From: Dictyostelium discoideum
Lineage: Eukaryota
Direction: 5' to 3'
NCBI GenBank assembly: GCA_000004695.1
Contig: CM000153.2
Coordinates: 3,200,001 to 3,264,000 of the forward strand
Length of the DNA stretch: 64,000 nucleotides
The position numbers and the translations under genes are program-made. Numbering within the stretch: position 1 is the first letter of the stretch; the number at the start of each line of letters is the position of its first letter. Positions 1 to 13,387 of this stretch are shown in pieces. The notes under the pieces were generated by a model that saw nothing but the letters and a program-made list of their open reading frames with translations, was not told where the DNA came from and ran no database searches.

Positions 1-252
1 GACAGAGTATTTTGGTCTGATTATTCAAGGAAATTACATTTAGTTGATTATCATAAATACCCAAAAGATTTTTATTTTCATTCCAAACAAAGATCAAAAG
101 AATTGGATAAAATTAGGTTAAAAGGTTTGGAAGTTGCAAATAATAACAATAATAATAACAAACCAAATAATGATGAAAAAACAAATTCCGATAATATGAT
201 GGAACTTGATCAAATCATTATGGATATTGAATCATGTAATACCAAAGATTAA
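1..252 (+). CDS. 3' end of an upstream gene (partial CDS, stop TAA at 250-252), hypothetical protein
   Basis: Open frame from the window edge: ...RVFWSDYSRKLHLVDYHKYPKDFYFHSKQRSKELDKIRLKGLEVANNNNNNNKPNNDEKTNSDNMMELDQIIMDIESCNTKD*. It has coding-like composition and is followed by an AT-rich 3' region. I recognise no family. Confidence 0.4.
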   Translation, partial: DRVFWSDYSRKLHLVDYHKYPKDFYFHSKQRSKELDKIRLKGLEVANNNNNNNKPNNDEKTNSDNMMELDQIIMDIESCNTKD

Positions 253-779
253 AAAAAAAAAAAAAAAAAAATGAATATTAATTCCACCTTTATTAATTAA
301 ATAAAAAGAAAAAAAAAATTGGGCTCTTTTGTTAGAATCTCCAAAATTAATTTTCGAAATTATTTATATCTGCCCTATATTCATAGGTCTTAGATATTAT
401 ATTATTATTATTTTTTCAAACTTAAATTTTCCAGGTTTTAAAAATAAATTTTATTTTATTTTTTTTAAAAAAACCTCAACATATTCAACTGTTTTTTAAT
501 ATATTAAAATCATTTTTAATATACTAACAAAAAATAAAAATAAACAATTTATTAATATCCAAAAAAAATAATATTAATATTAATAATTCATTTTTAAAAA
601 TAAAATTTCAAATTAATAATTTTCTCATATTTTTTATTTTTTAAAAAAAGAGTGGATTAAAAATTTAAAATGGATAATTAAATTCAGTAATATATATATT
701 TTTTTGAATAGAAAATTTCAAATACTATCTCATATTATTTAATTCCATAAAATATATATTTTTTTTTTTTTTAAAATTT

Positions 780-812
<33 letters not shown>

Positions 813-902
813 GTTCGTCGCGACATTTAAAATTTTTTTATTTTTATTTTTTTTTTTTTTGCATTTGTGTGATCTTCTACAATAGATTATCATTATTATA
901 AT

Positions 903-3594
903 ATGTTTTCATTAAATCCACAATCAAATGGAAATAGTAATAATTTATTTGGGAATGTAACCCTTGGAAATTTTAGTAATAATAGTAATAATTTATTTGG
1001 TGGTAGTTCAACAACATCAACAAATACCAACAATAGTAATAATTTATTTGGTGGTAGTTCAACAACCAATAGTAATAATTTATTCGGTAGTGGTGGTAGT
1101 TCAACAACCAATAACAACAACTTCAATAGCAACTTCAACAATAACAATATAAAGAATGAAAATAAAATTAAAAATGGAAAGAAATTTTATAATTTTAGAT
1201 GGTCACCAACCGGAGAAATCCTATTATATAATACACTTAATAATTTTGATAATCATAATTTTGATCAAAAAAATGGTGGTAGTGATACCATACGTTATGA
1301 AATGAATACAACTTTATCAACAATTAAAAAAGTATGTATTAACTGTTATTATTATTATTATTATAATAATAATAATAATATTACAATAATACAATATATT
1401 ATAACATACTCACTCACCCATCCACCCACCCACCACTACAAAAACAATGATATTATTATTATTATCATTATTAAATAGTTTTACAATGATTTATATACAA
1501 ATTTTGAAACTATGCAAAGAATTGCAGGTCTTTCAAATCAAGTTATACCAGATGATAGAGTTAGAGAGATTTCACATCATAGTAGAACATATCTATCTGT
1601 GATTTTAGCAGCAATCAATCAAATGAGTAAATCTCAAAAAACAGGTTCATACATTGACGATGAAGATTCTTGTATGAATTGTGATCCTTTAGATAATGAT
1701 TTAATGTATGTATATGTTTATACAGAGAGAGATAGAGAGAGACAAATTGATTGATTGATTGATTTATCTATTTATTTATTATACTTACTTTCCATCATCA
1801 CTTATTTATTATTTGAAATAGTAAAATACAAACACCAAGAGTATTAGAATATTTTAAACAATATCCAAATAAAACATTAATTTTCTTTTGTGGTAGTATC
1901 GATTCAATTTATCCATATCTTTGTTCAAAATTATCAATGGAGACAAAATCAAAATGTATATTAATAGCAAGAGAATCAAATGTTCCAAATTCAAAACGTT
2001 TAGATTTAATTAGTATGTATATAAATTTATTTATATTATTATTATTTTTATTATTATTATTATTATTATTAACATTTATTTTTTATTTTTTTAAAAGGAA
2101 CAATTTCAAATCAAGGTGAACTTAAAATTTTAAATAAAGATGAATATTCAAATAGATATCAAATTGCAAATGAAAATTATGGTGAATTAGATGATGTTTT
2201 AACATTAGAGATTGATGATACTTATTTAGCATATGAAAGAGAGATAGATAATTTAATTTGTATGTCAACAATGTGGAGAGTTGCAAATTTATTTTATTTT
2301 AGTGTTTCAAGTTCATCAAATTCAGTATCACCAACTCAATTATTGGATTGTATAGAATTGGAGAGAAAAGAACTATTGAATAGCATCGAACAACAAGGTA
2401 CACAAGATCCAATGGATTCGGAATATTACAATCAAATTGCACGTCTATTGGTTTGTGGTTGTATAGATCAAGTCATTCAACAATTGAATATACTAAGTCG
2501 TGCACCAAGAAGTGCATCACAAATTAAATCAACCTCTAGAAAATCACCAATCAATCTATTGATTGATATTCTCTCTTCAATACCATTGAAAAAGAAATCA
2601 ATCAATGGTGGTGGTGGTGCACCACTCTATCCAAATGAACATTTAATTCAATGGAATAAATGGCATCAAGAAACTCAGAAAATACTCTCTCAATATATTG
2701 AAAGTGGTAGTTCAAGTACCAATCAAGTCGATGAGAACCTTTTACCAATAGTAAAGATCCTTTTAGGTGATCAACAAACTATAATGTCAACTTGTAATAG
2801 TTTTCTTCAATTGGTAGTTTCAAATATTCTCTTTGTTGAGTATACAACCTCAACCACTCAATTACGTCAACTTTTCACTCAATGTTATCAAACTATTCAA
2901 GCTCCAACAACTGTTGATAAAATTTTCTTATCATTTGCAACAAAGGATTTAGATATTGTTTGTATTAAAATAATAACTAATAATAACTAATTATAATTAA
3001 TAATAACAATATAAATTATATTTATATTAATTTTTTTTTTATTTTTATTTTTATTTTTTTAAAAATTTAAAGACATTAAAGAAAATTTTTAAACATTCAC
3101 CAGCATGGTTAGCAGTACATTTATCAGATTTATTATATCATCATCCATATGTTATGAGAAAATTACCAAATTCAGAATCACAATTAACAAATATTAGAGA
3201 ATATTTATTATCAGATTTTGGTCAATCATTAGCATCAGATTCATCGTTATTATCAATTGGTTGTAATTATTTAAAGTATGTAAAGAATGGTGGTTTGGAA
3301 ATGATTGATCAATTCATATCAAGACAACCAATTCATTTTGAAAAGAATGCAATTAAAATGTTGGATAAATGGGCTACCTCTGTTGAAACAAAGAATTCAA
3401 TCTATAAAATGTTATCACTTCAAGATTTCAAAAGAAAAAGATATGCTGCAAGTTTAAATTGGTTAATGTTGGCAAATGATAATTCACATATCACTTTATT
3501 ATCAAATTATTTATTAGAGAATCAATTAAATTCAGAATTTTTAAATGATCTACAATCATTATTAGAAAAAAATGATGAAATTGATTGTAATATA

Positions 3595-3628
<34 letters not shown>

Positions 3629-4038
3629 GTAATAATAGAATAAGTGGAAATAATAATAATAATATGATAATTGATGAAAATAAATTTGAAATTACAAATA
3701 ATAGTGAATTAATATTTTTAATTAGATATAGAGAATTAATTAGTTTATGGAAAGAAAGATCATTTAAAGAGTATTCAAGTTCACTTTGTTTGATGTTCAA
3801 AGATAGAGTTATCCCAAAACGTTTTTGGTTACGTTTACTCATTGATTGTGTTCCATTATTAGAAAGTTTAAAAAATCTTTATTTCACTTATCAAGATACA
3901 CTTCTTTTGCAATCTTGTTTAGAAGAAATCATTCAATCCCATTTATTCGATCAATACTCTTTTAATATTTCAAATCAAGATATTCAAATTTTACGTAGTG
4001 CTTTAGCTAGAAATTTAGCAAAGTCAATCATATCCTAA
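903..4038 (+). CDS. nup85: Nucleoporin Nup85 (Nup75/Nup85 family), 5 exons: 903-1331, 1479-1705, 1822-2012, 2098-2957, 3073-4038
   Basis: The C-terminus (...LRSALARNLAKSIIS) and internal blocks (HSPAWLAVHLSDLLYH, SRTYLSVILAAINQM, KKFYNFRWSPTGEIL) align to remembered human NUP85 (LRLALARNLARAII, LSNWWFVAHLTDLLDH, SKNYRSVIRACMEEM, QMYFDWGPGEML). Exon joins use GTATGT/GTTTGT donors and AAATAG/AAAAG/TTAAAG acceptors and keep the frame open throughout. Exon 1 carries an N-rich xLFG-repeat extension. Confidence 0.7.
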
Positions 4039-4170
4039 ATAAAATAAAAAAATAAAATAAAAAAAAAAATAAAAAATAAAAAAATAAAAAAAAATAAAAA
4101 AAAATAAATAGTAATAAAAATAATAATAATAATAACTATATATTTAGAATATTTTTTTATAACAATTTTA

Positions 4171-4931
4171 TTAATTTGAGTCTGTTGTTGTAGTTGTATC
4201 ATCATCTTGATCCATTTTTGCTACTTTTCTAAATTCTTTTGTTTTTGTTTTTGGACATTGCATTGTATTCCAACTTATTGGAATCATAGTACTACCTGCA
4301 ACACTTTGTGCAAATACAACACCCAATTCATTTTTAGCTGTTGATAAATAATATGATCTTGAATCACCTAATGAAATCTATTATTTTCAAATTTTATTAA
4401 AAGTGTTAATAATAATCAAATAATTATGTTTTTTTTTTTTTTTTTTGATATAAAATAAAATTACAAACATACAATTTGAGCTAAAACTATATCACCAGGT
4501 CTAAATGATTTATAAATTTCAACTTTATCAATTTCAGTTGCACGAACATCTTGAATTCTAATGATACCATTGAATGTTTCTTTTAATGCTTTTGTTCCAA
4601 CACAAAGGATAGCAACACTTGCTAACTTTGGATTAATACGGAGCACTTGAACTGTAACTATACTTCCAATTTCTGGTACAACACTTGGTTCTTTTTCTTT
4701 TAAAACTACTATATAATCTTTATTATTTTCTATTTCATTGCTATTATTACTATTATTTACATTATTTTCATTTGTTGTATCTATATTTCTTTTTATTACA
4801 TGTTTAAACCCTAAAACTGACGAGTAAATATATCCTTTATGTACATAAGTTCCTTCTGATGATATAAAATCTGATTCTTTACATAATCTTTGACCCGGTG
4901 TTATAATATCATTGCTTGATGATTGAGACAT
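4171..4931 (-). CDS. Exosome complex component CSL4 (EXOSC1), 2 exons: 4931-4473 and 4377-4171
   Basis: Protein ...FRPGDIVLAQI | ISLGDSRSYYLSTAKNELGVVFAQSVAGSTMIPISWNTMQCPKTKTKEFRKVAKM closely matches remembered human EXOSC1 (S1 domain plus C-terminal zinc-ribbon). Intron 4472-4378 has a GTATGT donor and AATAG acceptor. Confidence 0.85.
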
Positions 4932-5402
4932 TATCGAGAATTCTTGGTGTTATGTTAAAGTTTCGTTTAAATTTGAAACTTTTTTTTATAATTAAAAAAA
5001 AAAAAAAACTAAAAAATAAAAAAAATAAAAAAAAAATAAAAAACGAATGAAAATTTAAAAAATAAAAAAGTGAAAATAATGAAAAATATTTTAAGTCCAA
5101 TCAGACCTGAAAAAAAATGAAAATAAATAAATATAAAAAAAAAAAAAATTTTAGGTAATATATATAATATTTATATATTCCTTTTAAAATCTTAAAAGAA
5201 TATATATAAGAATATAAAATATATAAAAAAATAATAAATAAATAAATAAATAAAATTTTTAAAGCAATTAATATTATTTATTTTATACATTAAAAGATCA
5301 ATTGATCACCACCAATTTTTATTTTATTTAAATTATTTCCACACCAATTTTTTTTATATTTATATTTTAATTTATTTTTCCAATTTGATTTATTATTTAC
5401 AG

Positions 5403-5717
5403 TTATTGTTTTACAGTTTCTCTAACATTAAGATTATCACTAAATAGTTTTAAAAACAATGGTTTATTTGATTTTGGAAGTGTTGATAAAATATGTAGTA
5501 AATCATTAGATTTTTCAATTAGAGATTTTATATTCTTTTGATTAAATGAACCTTGATCTAAAAATACTTTATTTAATATAAACGCTTCTTTTGTATTTAA
5601 TCTTATCTTATATTGTACCTGTTTTGGAAATTGATATGATAATCTAATAAATTTTCTATATATATTCATTGAACTCCTTATTGTTGGTATATTTATTATT
5701 TGTGCTACTCTAGTCAT
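5403..5717 (-). CDS. Small LYR-motif (Complex1_LYR-like) protein, probably mitochondrial
   Basis: 104-aa ORF with N-terminal L-Y-R-K-F-I-R-L spacing typical of the LYRM family. Single exon flanked by AT-rich sequence. Confidence 0.4.
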   Translation of the reverse strand: MTRVAQIINIPTIRSSMNIYRKFIRLSYQFPKQVQYKIRLNTKEAFILNKVFLDQGSFNQKNIKSLIEKSNDLLHILSTLPKSNKPLFLKLFSDNLNVRETVKQ

Positions 5718-6022
5718 TTTACTTTATATATTAAATGTGTGAGTTGATATTTGATCACAAACCAATTTTTGTTGTTTAAAGAAAATTGAAAAAAATAAAA
5801 AAAATGAAAAAATTAAAAAAAAAACAAAAACAATATTGTCCTTTTTTTTTTTTTAATTTTTAAAAAAATATCCGAAAATCATTTTTCTTTAATGGTTTTT
5901 GTTTAGAAAAAAAGGAAAAATATTTTAAAACTTAATAATTACAAACTTATTTATTTTTACTTTTTTTTTTTTTTTTTTTTTAATCTTAAACAATACTATT
6001 TTCTTTTGAAAAAGAGTTTTAA

Positions 6023-6065
<43 letters not shown>

Positions 6066-6070
<5 letters not shown>

Positions 6071-9000
6071 ATTCAACATTAAATCTATTTAAAGTTTTCT
6101 TTGCTTCAATAAGATCTAATTGAACTTTAGTTCTCATATAAAAGATTGGACAATCACGATTTGAACAAAGTACAGGTTGATGTAAACTACCAGAACAACG
6201 TTGACATTGAGTCCAAGCTTCAGAGAATTTAGTTTCTAAACTTGTAACTTTTTCCAAAGAGGTTTGATAGAGAGAGGCTTCTTTATGTTGACAATTTATA
6301 CAAGTTGTAGATTCTGTATCAGTTAATTCCTTTGGACAATTCATACAGACTTTTTTCTTTTTCAAAGTACCAAAGAAACCTTTGTTATTATCACTGAGTG
6401 TTGATTGAGCAATGGTTCTAGTATGTTCACCATGGAAAATTAAATCAGGATTTGACATAATTGGTTTGAAAATACGAATCAATGGTGCTTTCAATTGTTT
6501 ATCCAAATAGTATTGACAATCCAAAAGGATATTATGTTCCAAAGCATAAAGTGGATCTTCAGCTTTCTCATAGATTGGTGCACCCTTTGAGCCTTGAATG
6601 ACCACATAAGGCACACGATCACCTAAATTTGGAGCTGTTGCCGGATCTCTAGCTCTCATTTTTCTAGCCAATTCATTATGGATTACCTTTCCTTTGTATT
6701 GAGTTTTTGAGAGAGCTTTTGTAATTACCAACATTGAAAGATCTAAACGATTCTGTAAGAGATCACTAATGACACTCTTTGTATATTCTTCGGCAGATTT
6801 TAAATCCTTTTCAATGAGAATCTTTTTAAGGATAGTACTAACGACATTTCTAACCAATAGACAAGTATCTCTACGAACCATTTCCAAACCTTTGACATCC
6901 ATTCTATCGTGAATATCTGGTTTTGTCCAATACAAACCGGCATACTTTTTCTTGGCCATTAAAAGATAAGGATAATAAACCTTTTCAAAATCTAAATTAA
7001 TTGGACGAATAAAAGTGGTAGTTACAAACTTGGCAGCATCTCTACCCATTTCCATTGCCTCTGCGACGGTCTTTACACCAAATTTAACCATTACCGAATC
7101 TGTATCACCATAGATAATTACGGCATCATGTTTATAACCATTGGCGATAGTATAACGTTCCTCTACGATCTTCTTTGTCTTATCAAGCATTTCTCTACCA
7201 AATGAAGTTACGGAACGAGAAATCTCAAGACATGGTAGCTTACCAACACGAGCACCAGTGAAACCATAAACTGAATTTGCTGAAATTTTCAATGCCAATT
7301 GTCTACCATCCAACACTGCTCTCTTGAATGGATCTTTTTCATTCTTTAATTCATCTTTTGCTTTCTTTCTTGCAGACAATAACTCCTCGAGAATTCTTGG
7401 AAGTAAACCTTTCTTTGTATCTGATTTTATAAAATGATCACCAAATGGAGTGGTTGTATAGATTTCCGGTGGTAATTTCTTTGCCTCCTCTGCTGATAAC
7501 AAAGTGGAATAACAAAGATTATGAGCCATCATAATTGATGGATAAAGTGAAGTGAAATCGAGTGTTGCAATTGGAGTATCATAGAAACCTGGTGTTGGCT
7601 CAATAACGATGGCACCTTGAAACTTTTCACCTTTACCAGTGACTTTATAAGTTGGAATGAGGAAATTCTCTACCATGGCCTTACGATAAAGTTGGGATAG
7701 CACTTTGATACCTTCACCACGACCCAACAAATAACTTAATGGAACACCAGTTACACGAGCCATCTCTGTGTAATTGATAAGAATCATCAATTTATCCAAT
7801 AATCTCATTGGTAATACGGCATCTTTTATGCAATAGACTGCCAATCTTCTACGATCATCATCTGTACCATTTTGAAGATCAGAGATAATTGAAAAATGAA
7901 CATCCTCCTTTTGCTCCTTTAAAAAATGAGCCGATACATTATTGAGTGAATAACTTGTTAGTTTGTGATCTCTTTGAATCGCTTGCATTAGATCGAATTG
8001 AGTTCTACCTGGCATTGAAATTTCTTTACTCTCTCTTGTACCTAAATTACTACTTGAGAAACGAGTGCTCTTAATCTTTGATATGGTGGTTTTAATTCTA
8101 CCTAAAAGTGCAAACTCTGGTATCTTCAATTGTCTTGCTCTACTAATTAAATAGGGAATATCGAAATTTACAATATTATAACCAATGATAACATCTGGAT
8201 CCACTTTAATTACAAACTTTCTCCATTCTCTTAACAAATCTTCCTCTCTTTTATGAGGAATTACATGTGCTCCCACAATACTTGAACAACCTTTCAATGT
8301 GAAAATATTCTTTATAAATGGTTCTGCATCACCATTATTTTTTACAATATTTGAAATTTGAATAACTGGATCCTTTTCTGGTTCTGGAAATACACCTTTT
8401 CTACCTGCGCATTCAATATCAAATGATAAAATTCTATATGGTGCTGGTGAATCATCATCACTAAGTGATATAATTGTTTCTAATCTAAAATTTATAATAT
8501 TTAATTAATAAATTTAAAACTAAAATTATAATAGTAAAAATAATATTATTAAATTTAAAACATACGATGTATCAACTTCAATTTGACATGTTGAAACAGG
8601 TGTTTCTGATAATTTATATGTATTTGCTGGTAATTCTATCCAACTACAACCTGTAATTCCCCTATTTTTTTTAAAAAGAATAAATAAATAAATTTCAATT
8701 AATATAAATATAAAATATAAATATAAAAATATATTTTAATAACTTACTTATCAATTAAGAAACGAAGTGCAAATAGAATATTAGATTCATAGGTTTGATA
8801 TTGTCTAAATGGTTGACCTGGAATTGTAAAGTGATGTCTACCACTTTCAAAAATTTCTCTACATCTTGTAACAAACTTTGGTAAAATTAAAGTAATTCTA
8901 ATGAAATCAGATAAAGGATTTGGGTTATAACCCATAATTGATTTCTTTTTCTCTATATCAATTGAAACAACAATATTTTCAATATCTTTTTCATTGCTTT

Positions 9001-9653
9001 GATTTGATGACATTTTCATTGATTCCTATTTTAAAATTATTATTATTAATTATTATTAATTATTAATTATAATTAATTATTATTAATTATTAATTATTAA
9101 TTATTAAATATTGAAAATAATAAAATCATACATTTAAATCATGTTTTAAAGATTTACAATCTGCTTCAGTGAAACCTGGAGGACAACTAATGAAAAAGTA
9201 AGGTAAGAAACCATGAACTTTACATAAAACACTATTACCTTCTTTTGTGACACCAAATAAACGAATTGCTGGTAATGGTCCAACTTTTGGACCTGGCATA
9301 CCTGGTACTGGTTCTTTAATCTCTGTATAATCTACTTCTAATTGTTGAAAGATTAATGGTTTCTTGTGGGGTACTAAATCTTGAACAGGTTTTCTTGACC
9401 ATAAAAATAATTGTTGTGATCCATCATCTTGAATATCAATATCCATTGAATCACTTGCTATTATATTTTCAACATCGATATCATCTTCATCTTCTTCCTC
9501 TCCAAATTCATCTCCTTCATCTTCGTCATCGTCCTCTTCAAATTCATCATCCTCTTCATCGTCACCACCACCTCTATAATTATTCTTTGGTGGTGGTTGT
9601 GCTTTGAATTTTTTATCATTATTTCCACCACCTGTTACTATTGATCTTTTCAT
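6066..9653 (-). CDS. polD1: DNA polymerase delta catalytic subunit (family B polymerase), 4 exons: 9653-9132, 9025-8748, 8661-8566, 8484-6066
   Basis: N-terminal block (IRLFGVTKEGNSVLCKVHGFLPYFFISCPPGF), Exo I (LSFDIECAGRKG), Pol motifs (DFTSLYPSIMMAHNLCY, YGDTDSVMV), CysA/CysB zinc modules and the C-terminus (CPIFYMRTKVQLDL) match human POLD1 nearly residue for residue. Donors GTATGA/GTAAGT/GTATGT and acceptors AAATAG/AAAATAG/TTTTAG preserve the frame. Confidence 0.92.
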
Positions 9654-10653
9654 TTTTTTTTTTTTTTTTTTTTATTTATTTATTTAAAAGTGTGTGTGAA
9701 AAATGAATAAATATAAAAAAAAAAAATTTAAAAAAAAATTAAAAAAAAAAAAAAAAAAATTGGAGGGAAAAAAATAAAATTAAAAAAAAAAATTAAAAAT
9801 TAAAATAAATTAATTATAATTTCTAAGTATTTTATTTGATTTTATTTTATTTTAAATTATTTAATTTTATTTAACCCAAAATTTTGAAATATTTTTTAGT
9901 CAACTTTAAAACAAGGATTTAATTTTGTTAAAAAAGCTTTGGAATAATTATTACCATTATTTTTATTTACAGGGTTTGTTGATATCTTTTGTTGATCTTC
10001 TTGTTTTGATGAACTTTTATTTATGTTGAAAGTAAAAAATTCTTTTAGTTTTGCAAAAAAAAAGAAAATAAAAAAAAAGTTTAGAAAAAAAAAAAGTTAG
10101 AAAAAGGTTAAAAAAAAGTTAAGAGATAAACAAAAATAGCATACTTAATAAAGGCATTCTTTTTCAGTATTAATTGTAAAAATAAAAACAAAATAAAAAA
10201 ATAAAAATTTCATTACCTTTTTCTTTCTTTTTTTTTTTTTAATTTTTTTTTTTTTTTTTTTATTATAACCAAACAAAAAAAAAATTAAAAAAAAAAATCC
10301 TTGTTTAATTATTTCCAAACAAAAAAAAAAAAAAATCAATGGTGTGTGAATTGTGGTAAAAAAATGAATCAATGAAAAAAATTTAGATTTATTTGTGATA
10401 TATTAATATATATTTAAATTTTTTTTTTTTTTTATTTTTTTTTTTTTTTTTATTTATTATTTTTTAATTTAATTTTTCTACAGTTATTATTTTAATTTTT
10501 TAATTTTTTTAATGCTTCCTAATATTAAAAAAAAAAAAGTATTAGAATAAATAATTAAATAAGTAAATAATTTAAATTAATTTGTTTTAAAATAATTACT
10601 TTTTCTTTTTTTTTTTTTTTTTTTTTTTTTTGGGAAATTTCTAAATTTTTTCT

Positions 10654-10791
10654 TTATTGTTCATCGTCTGGATGGCTTAAATGGTATAAAATCCATTGCT
10701 GTTGGGAAAATTGGTTAATTTTTTCCTGTGCTTCTCTTCTAATTCTTTTCTCGAACTCTGAAATTACCATTCTTGTTTGGATAGCGTCCAT
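10654..10791 (-). CDS. Candidate small protein (45 aa) MDAIQTRMVISEFEKRIRREAQEKINQFSQQQWILYHLSHPDDEQ, below the ORF-track length cutoff
   Basis: The only stretch in 9.7-11.6 kb that is not AT-rich, with GC-containing codons (GAC GCT ATC CAA ACA AGA). ATG sits in A-rich context (aaagATGg), with TAA stop and AT-rich flanks. No family recognised. Confidence 0.3.
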   Translation of the reverse strand: MDAIQTRMVISEFEKRIRREAQEKINQFSQQQWILYHLSHPDDEQ

Positions 10792-11114
10792 TCTTTATCA
10801 AAAATAAATAAATAAAAATAAATAAATAAATAAATAAATAAAATAATAGATAATTGGTTTGTTTATTATTAAAACAATTGTTATATTTTTTAGGATTTAA
10901 AAATAAAAAATTAAAAAAAAATTTTCAAAACATTTTTTCATTTTTTTTTTATCTTTTTCTTTCAAAAAAGGAAATTTATTTTTAATTTTTTTTTTTTAAT
11001 TTTTTTTTTAATTTTTTTTTTTTTTTAATTAGTAATGAAAACAAACAAAATAATCGCGCGAATGAATTAAATCGTTTGGATGGTGATTTTTTTTTTTTTT
11101 TTTTTTTGAAATAG

Positions 11115-11145
<31 letters not shown>

Positions 11146-11547
11146 TGGATATGGGACAAAATAAGAATCTTTATTTAATATATTTATTTTAAAAAATAAA
11201 ATAATAAAATAATAAAATCAAACAATTTTTAAAGTAATTTTTTATCTTTTTTTTTTCCCCTTTCTTCTTTTAAACTAAAATACTTTTTAAATAATTTAGT
11301 TTTTCTTATTTTTTTTATTTTTATTTTTTTATTTTTTTATTTTTTTTATGATTTAAACATTTGGATCATCTAAATCTATTGGAAAAAAATGGTTATCATT
11401 GTTATTTAAAAAAAAATTTAAAGTATTGTTACATGTTAAATAAAACTCCATTGGAGATAAAAATTTTTTTATATTACTATTTAAGGTTATTAAAATATTT
11501 TCATCCCTTCGATCTTTAATTAAAAATCTATTTAATTTTGTAAAAAG

Positions 11548-11600
<53 letters not shown>

Positions 11601-11632
11601 GAAATAATTAATATATATGGGTATAATATATA

Positions 11633-11654
<22 letters not shown>

Positions 11655-11663
<9 letters not shown>

Positions 11664-12389
11664 TATAATAATAATTACCAAAAAATTCCATATCGCAAAT
11701 AAAATAAAGATTAAATCTATACCCAAAAGTATAAATAATGATATTTTTAAATTAAAAAAATCCTCATTTAAAACTCTTTTTTTATAAATTAAAGATTGTA
11801 AAAATCCTTGGGGTACCCATAATAATAAGAAAAAAAAATAAAGAAGTTTAAATTTATAATATTCAATATTTAATTTAATTGACCTATTTTTTAACCCTTT
11901 AATTACATAGTTATTTTCTATTATTACCTATTAATAAAAAAAAAAAAAAAAAAAAAAGTTAAAATTTATATTAATTTTGGACATGATCAAAATTAAAATT
12001 AAAATTGATATAAAATACTTACCTTTTTTTTTAAAAAAAAGAGGAATGGAATTAATATAAAAGTTATTAAAATAAAAATGTCATCAAATAAAACAAATTG
12101 AATATATGAGTTTAAATTTGAGTGAATTGCCATAACTGATGGTAACATACATAAAAGTACCATCATTATAATTGATAATAAATATGTAACATGAGGATAT
12201 TTATCAGTTTTATCGTAAACATCACCAATTATATTTAATATTGAATTGTATTCATCATTTGATAAAATACCATTTAATTTTAATGGTACTGTTTCATAAT
12301 CTTGTATAAATCTCCATTCATAGAGATTTACATCATAACAATACCCAAATTCAAATTCATATTTAAATTTAAATTTATTATTATTACTA

Positions 12390-12420
<31 letters not shown>

Positions 12421-12490
12421 TATTATTTATATTATTATTATTATCATTATTGTTTTTGATATTATTAATTTTATTTATAATAAATTCCAT
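11655..12490 (-). CDS. Hypothetical multi-pass membrane protein, 2 exons: 12490-12023 and 11927-11655
   Basis: Exon 1 has an N-rich N-terminus followed by hydrophobic helices (LLSIIMMVLLCMLPSVMAI, FILITFILIPFLFF). GTAAGT donor at 12022-12017 and TTAATAG acceptor. Exon 2 continues in frame (VIIENNYVIKGLKNRS...LFILLGIDLIFILFAIWNFLVIIIIFF*), also hydrophobic. Confidence 0.45.
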
Positions 12491-12495
12491 TATAC

Positions 12496-12540
<45 letters not shown>

Positions 12541-12729
12541 AATATAATAATTATATAATAATATTTTTTACATAAATACAAGAATAAAATTAAATGAAAA
12601 AAAAAATTAAAAAAAAAAAAAATTTTTAAATTTTGTATATATTAACAAAGGGATATTAAAATGTATTTTATTTTTTTTTGTTTGGGATTTAAAAGAATTT
12701 TTTTTTTTTTTTTTTTTTTGGACAATTCT

Positions 12730-12760
<31 letters not shown>

Positions 12761-13387
12761 TTTTGCATTAACATTTTTTTGACTTAGGAACCAAAGAAAA
12801 AAAAAGTCGAAACCAATGGAAAGACTCAATTTTTAGATTTTCCCAAGCTGCCAAGAAAAATTATCTTTTTTTTTTTTTTTTTCAAAAAAAAATTTTTTAA
12901 AAAGTCATTAAAAAAAAAAAAAAAAAAAATAAAAAAAAAAAAAAATAAAAAAAAAAAAAAAATAAAAAAGATAATTTTTCAAGGAGAGATCTTTTTGATT
13001 GCGTTTTTTTAAAAAATTAGAAAGACAAAAATTGATCAAAAAAAAAAAAAAAATAAAAAAATAAAAAATAAATAAACATAAAAAAAAAAATAAAAAAGTT
13101 ATTTTTGGGGAGTTTTTTTTTTTTTTTTTTTTAATCAAAAAAATAGGAAAGTTTCACACGAATTTAAGTTTCCTGAAATTTTATTATTTTTTTTTTTTTT
13201 TTGTTTTTATTTATTTTTATTTAAACATGTTTGCAACGTTTACTAGTGAGGTGAAAATATTATTTTTATTATTATTATTATTTATTATTATTATTATTAT
13301 TATTAAAATTGAAAGTAATGATACATCTCACAGAAAAATTAATTTTTTTATTTATTTATTTATTTATTTATTTATTAATTAATTTAT

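Noticed and set aside
896-1152. ORFs 896-1147(-) and 964-1152(+) overlapping nup85 exon 1
   Set aside because: Alternative-frame or antisense translations of the (AAT/TTG)-rich FG-repeat coding region. They are low-complexity L/K/V strings with no independent start context.
3522-3842. ORF 3522-3842(-) inside nup85 exon 5
   Set aside because: Antisense of a poly-N coding microsatellite, translated as a poly-L string.
10145-13138. ORFs 10145-10372(-), 12302-12502(+), 12908-13138(-) and similar K/F-rich ORFs (22069-22580, 35472-35720, 44731-45220, 48981-49308, 52651-52854, 54073-54267, 59203-59416, 61779-61967, 62345-62590)
   Set aside because: Translations of poly-A/poly-T intergenic tracts (KKKK / FFFF / IIII strings). 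No coding composition.
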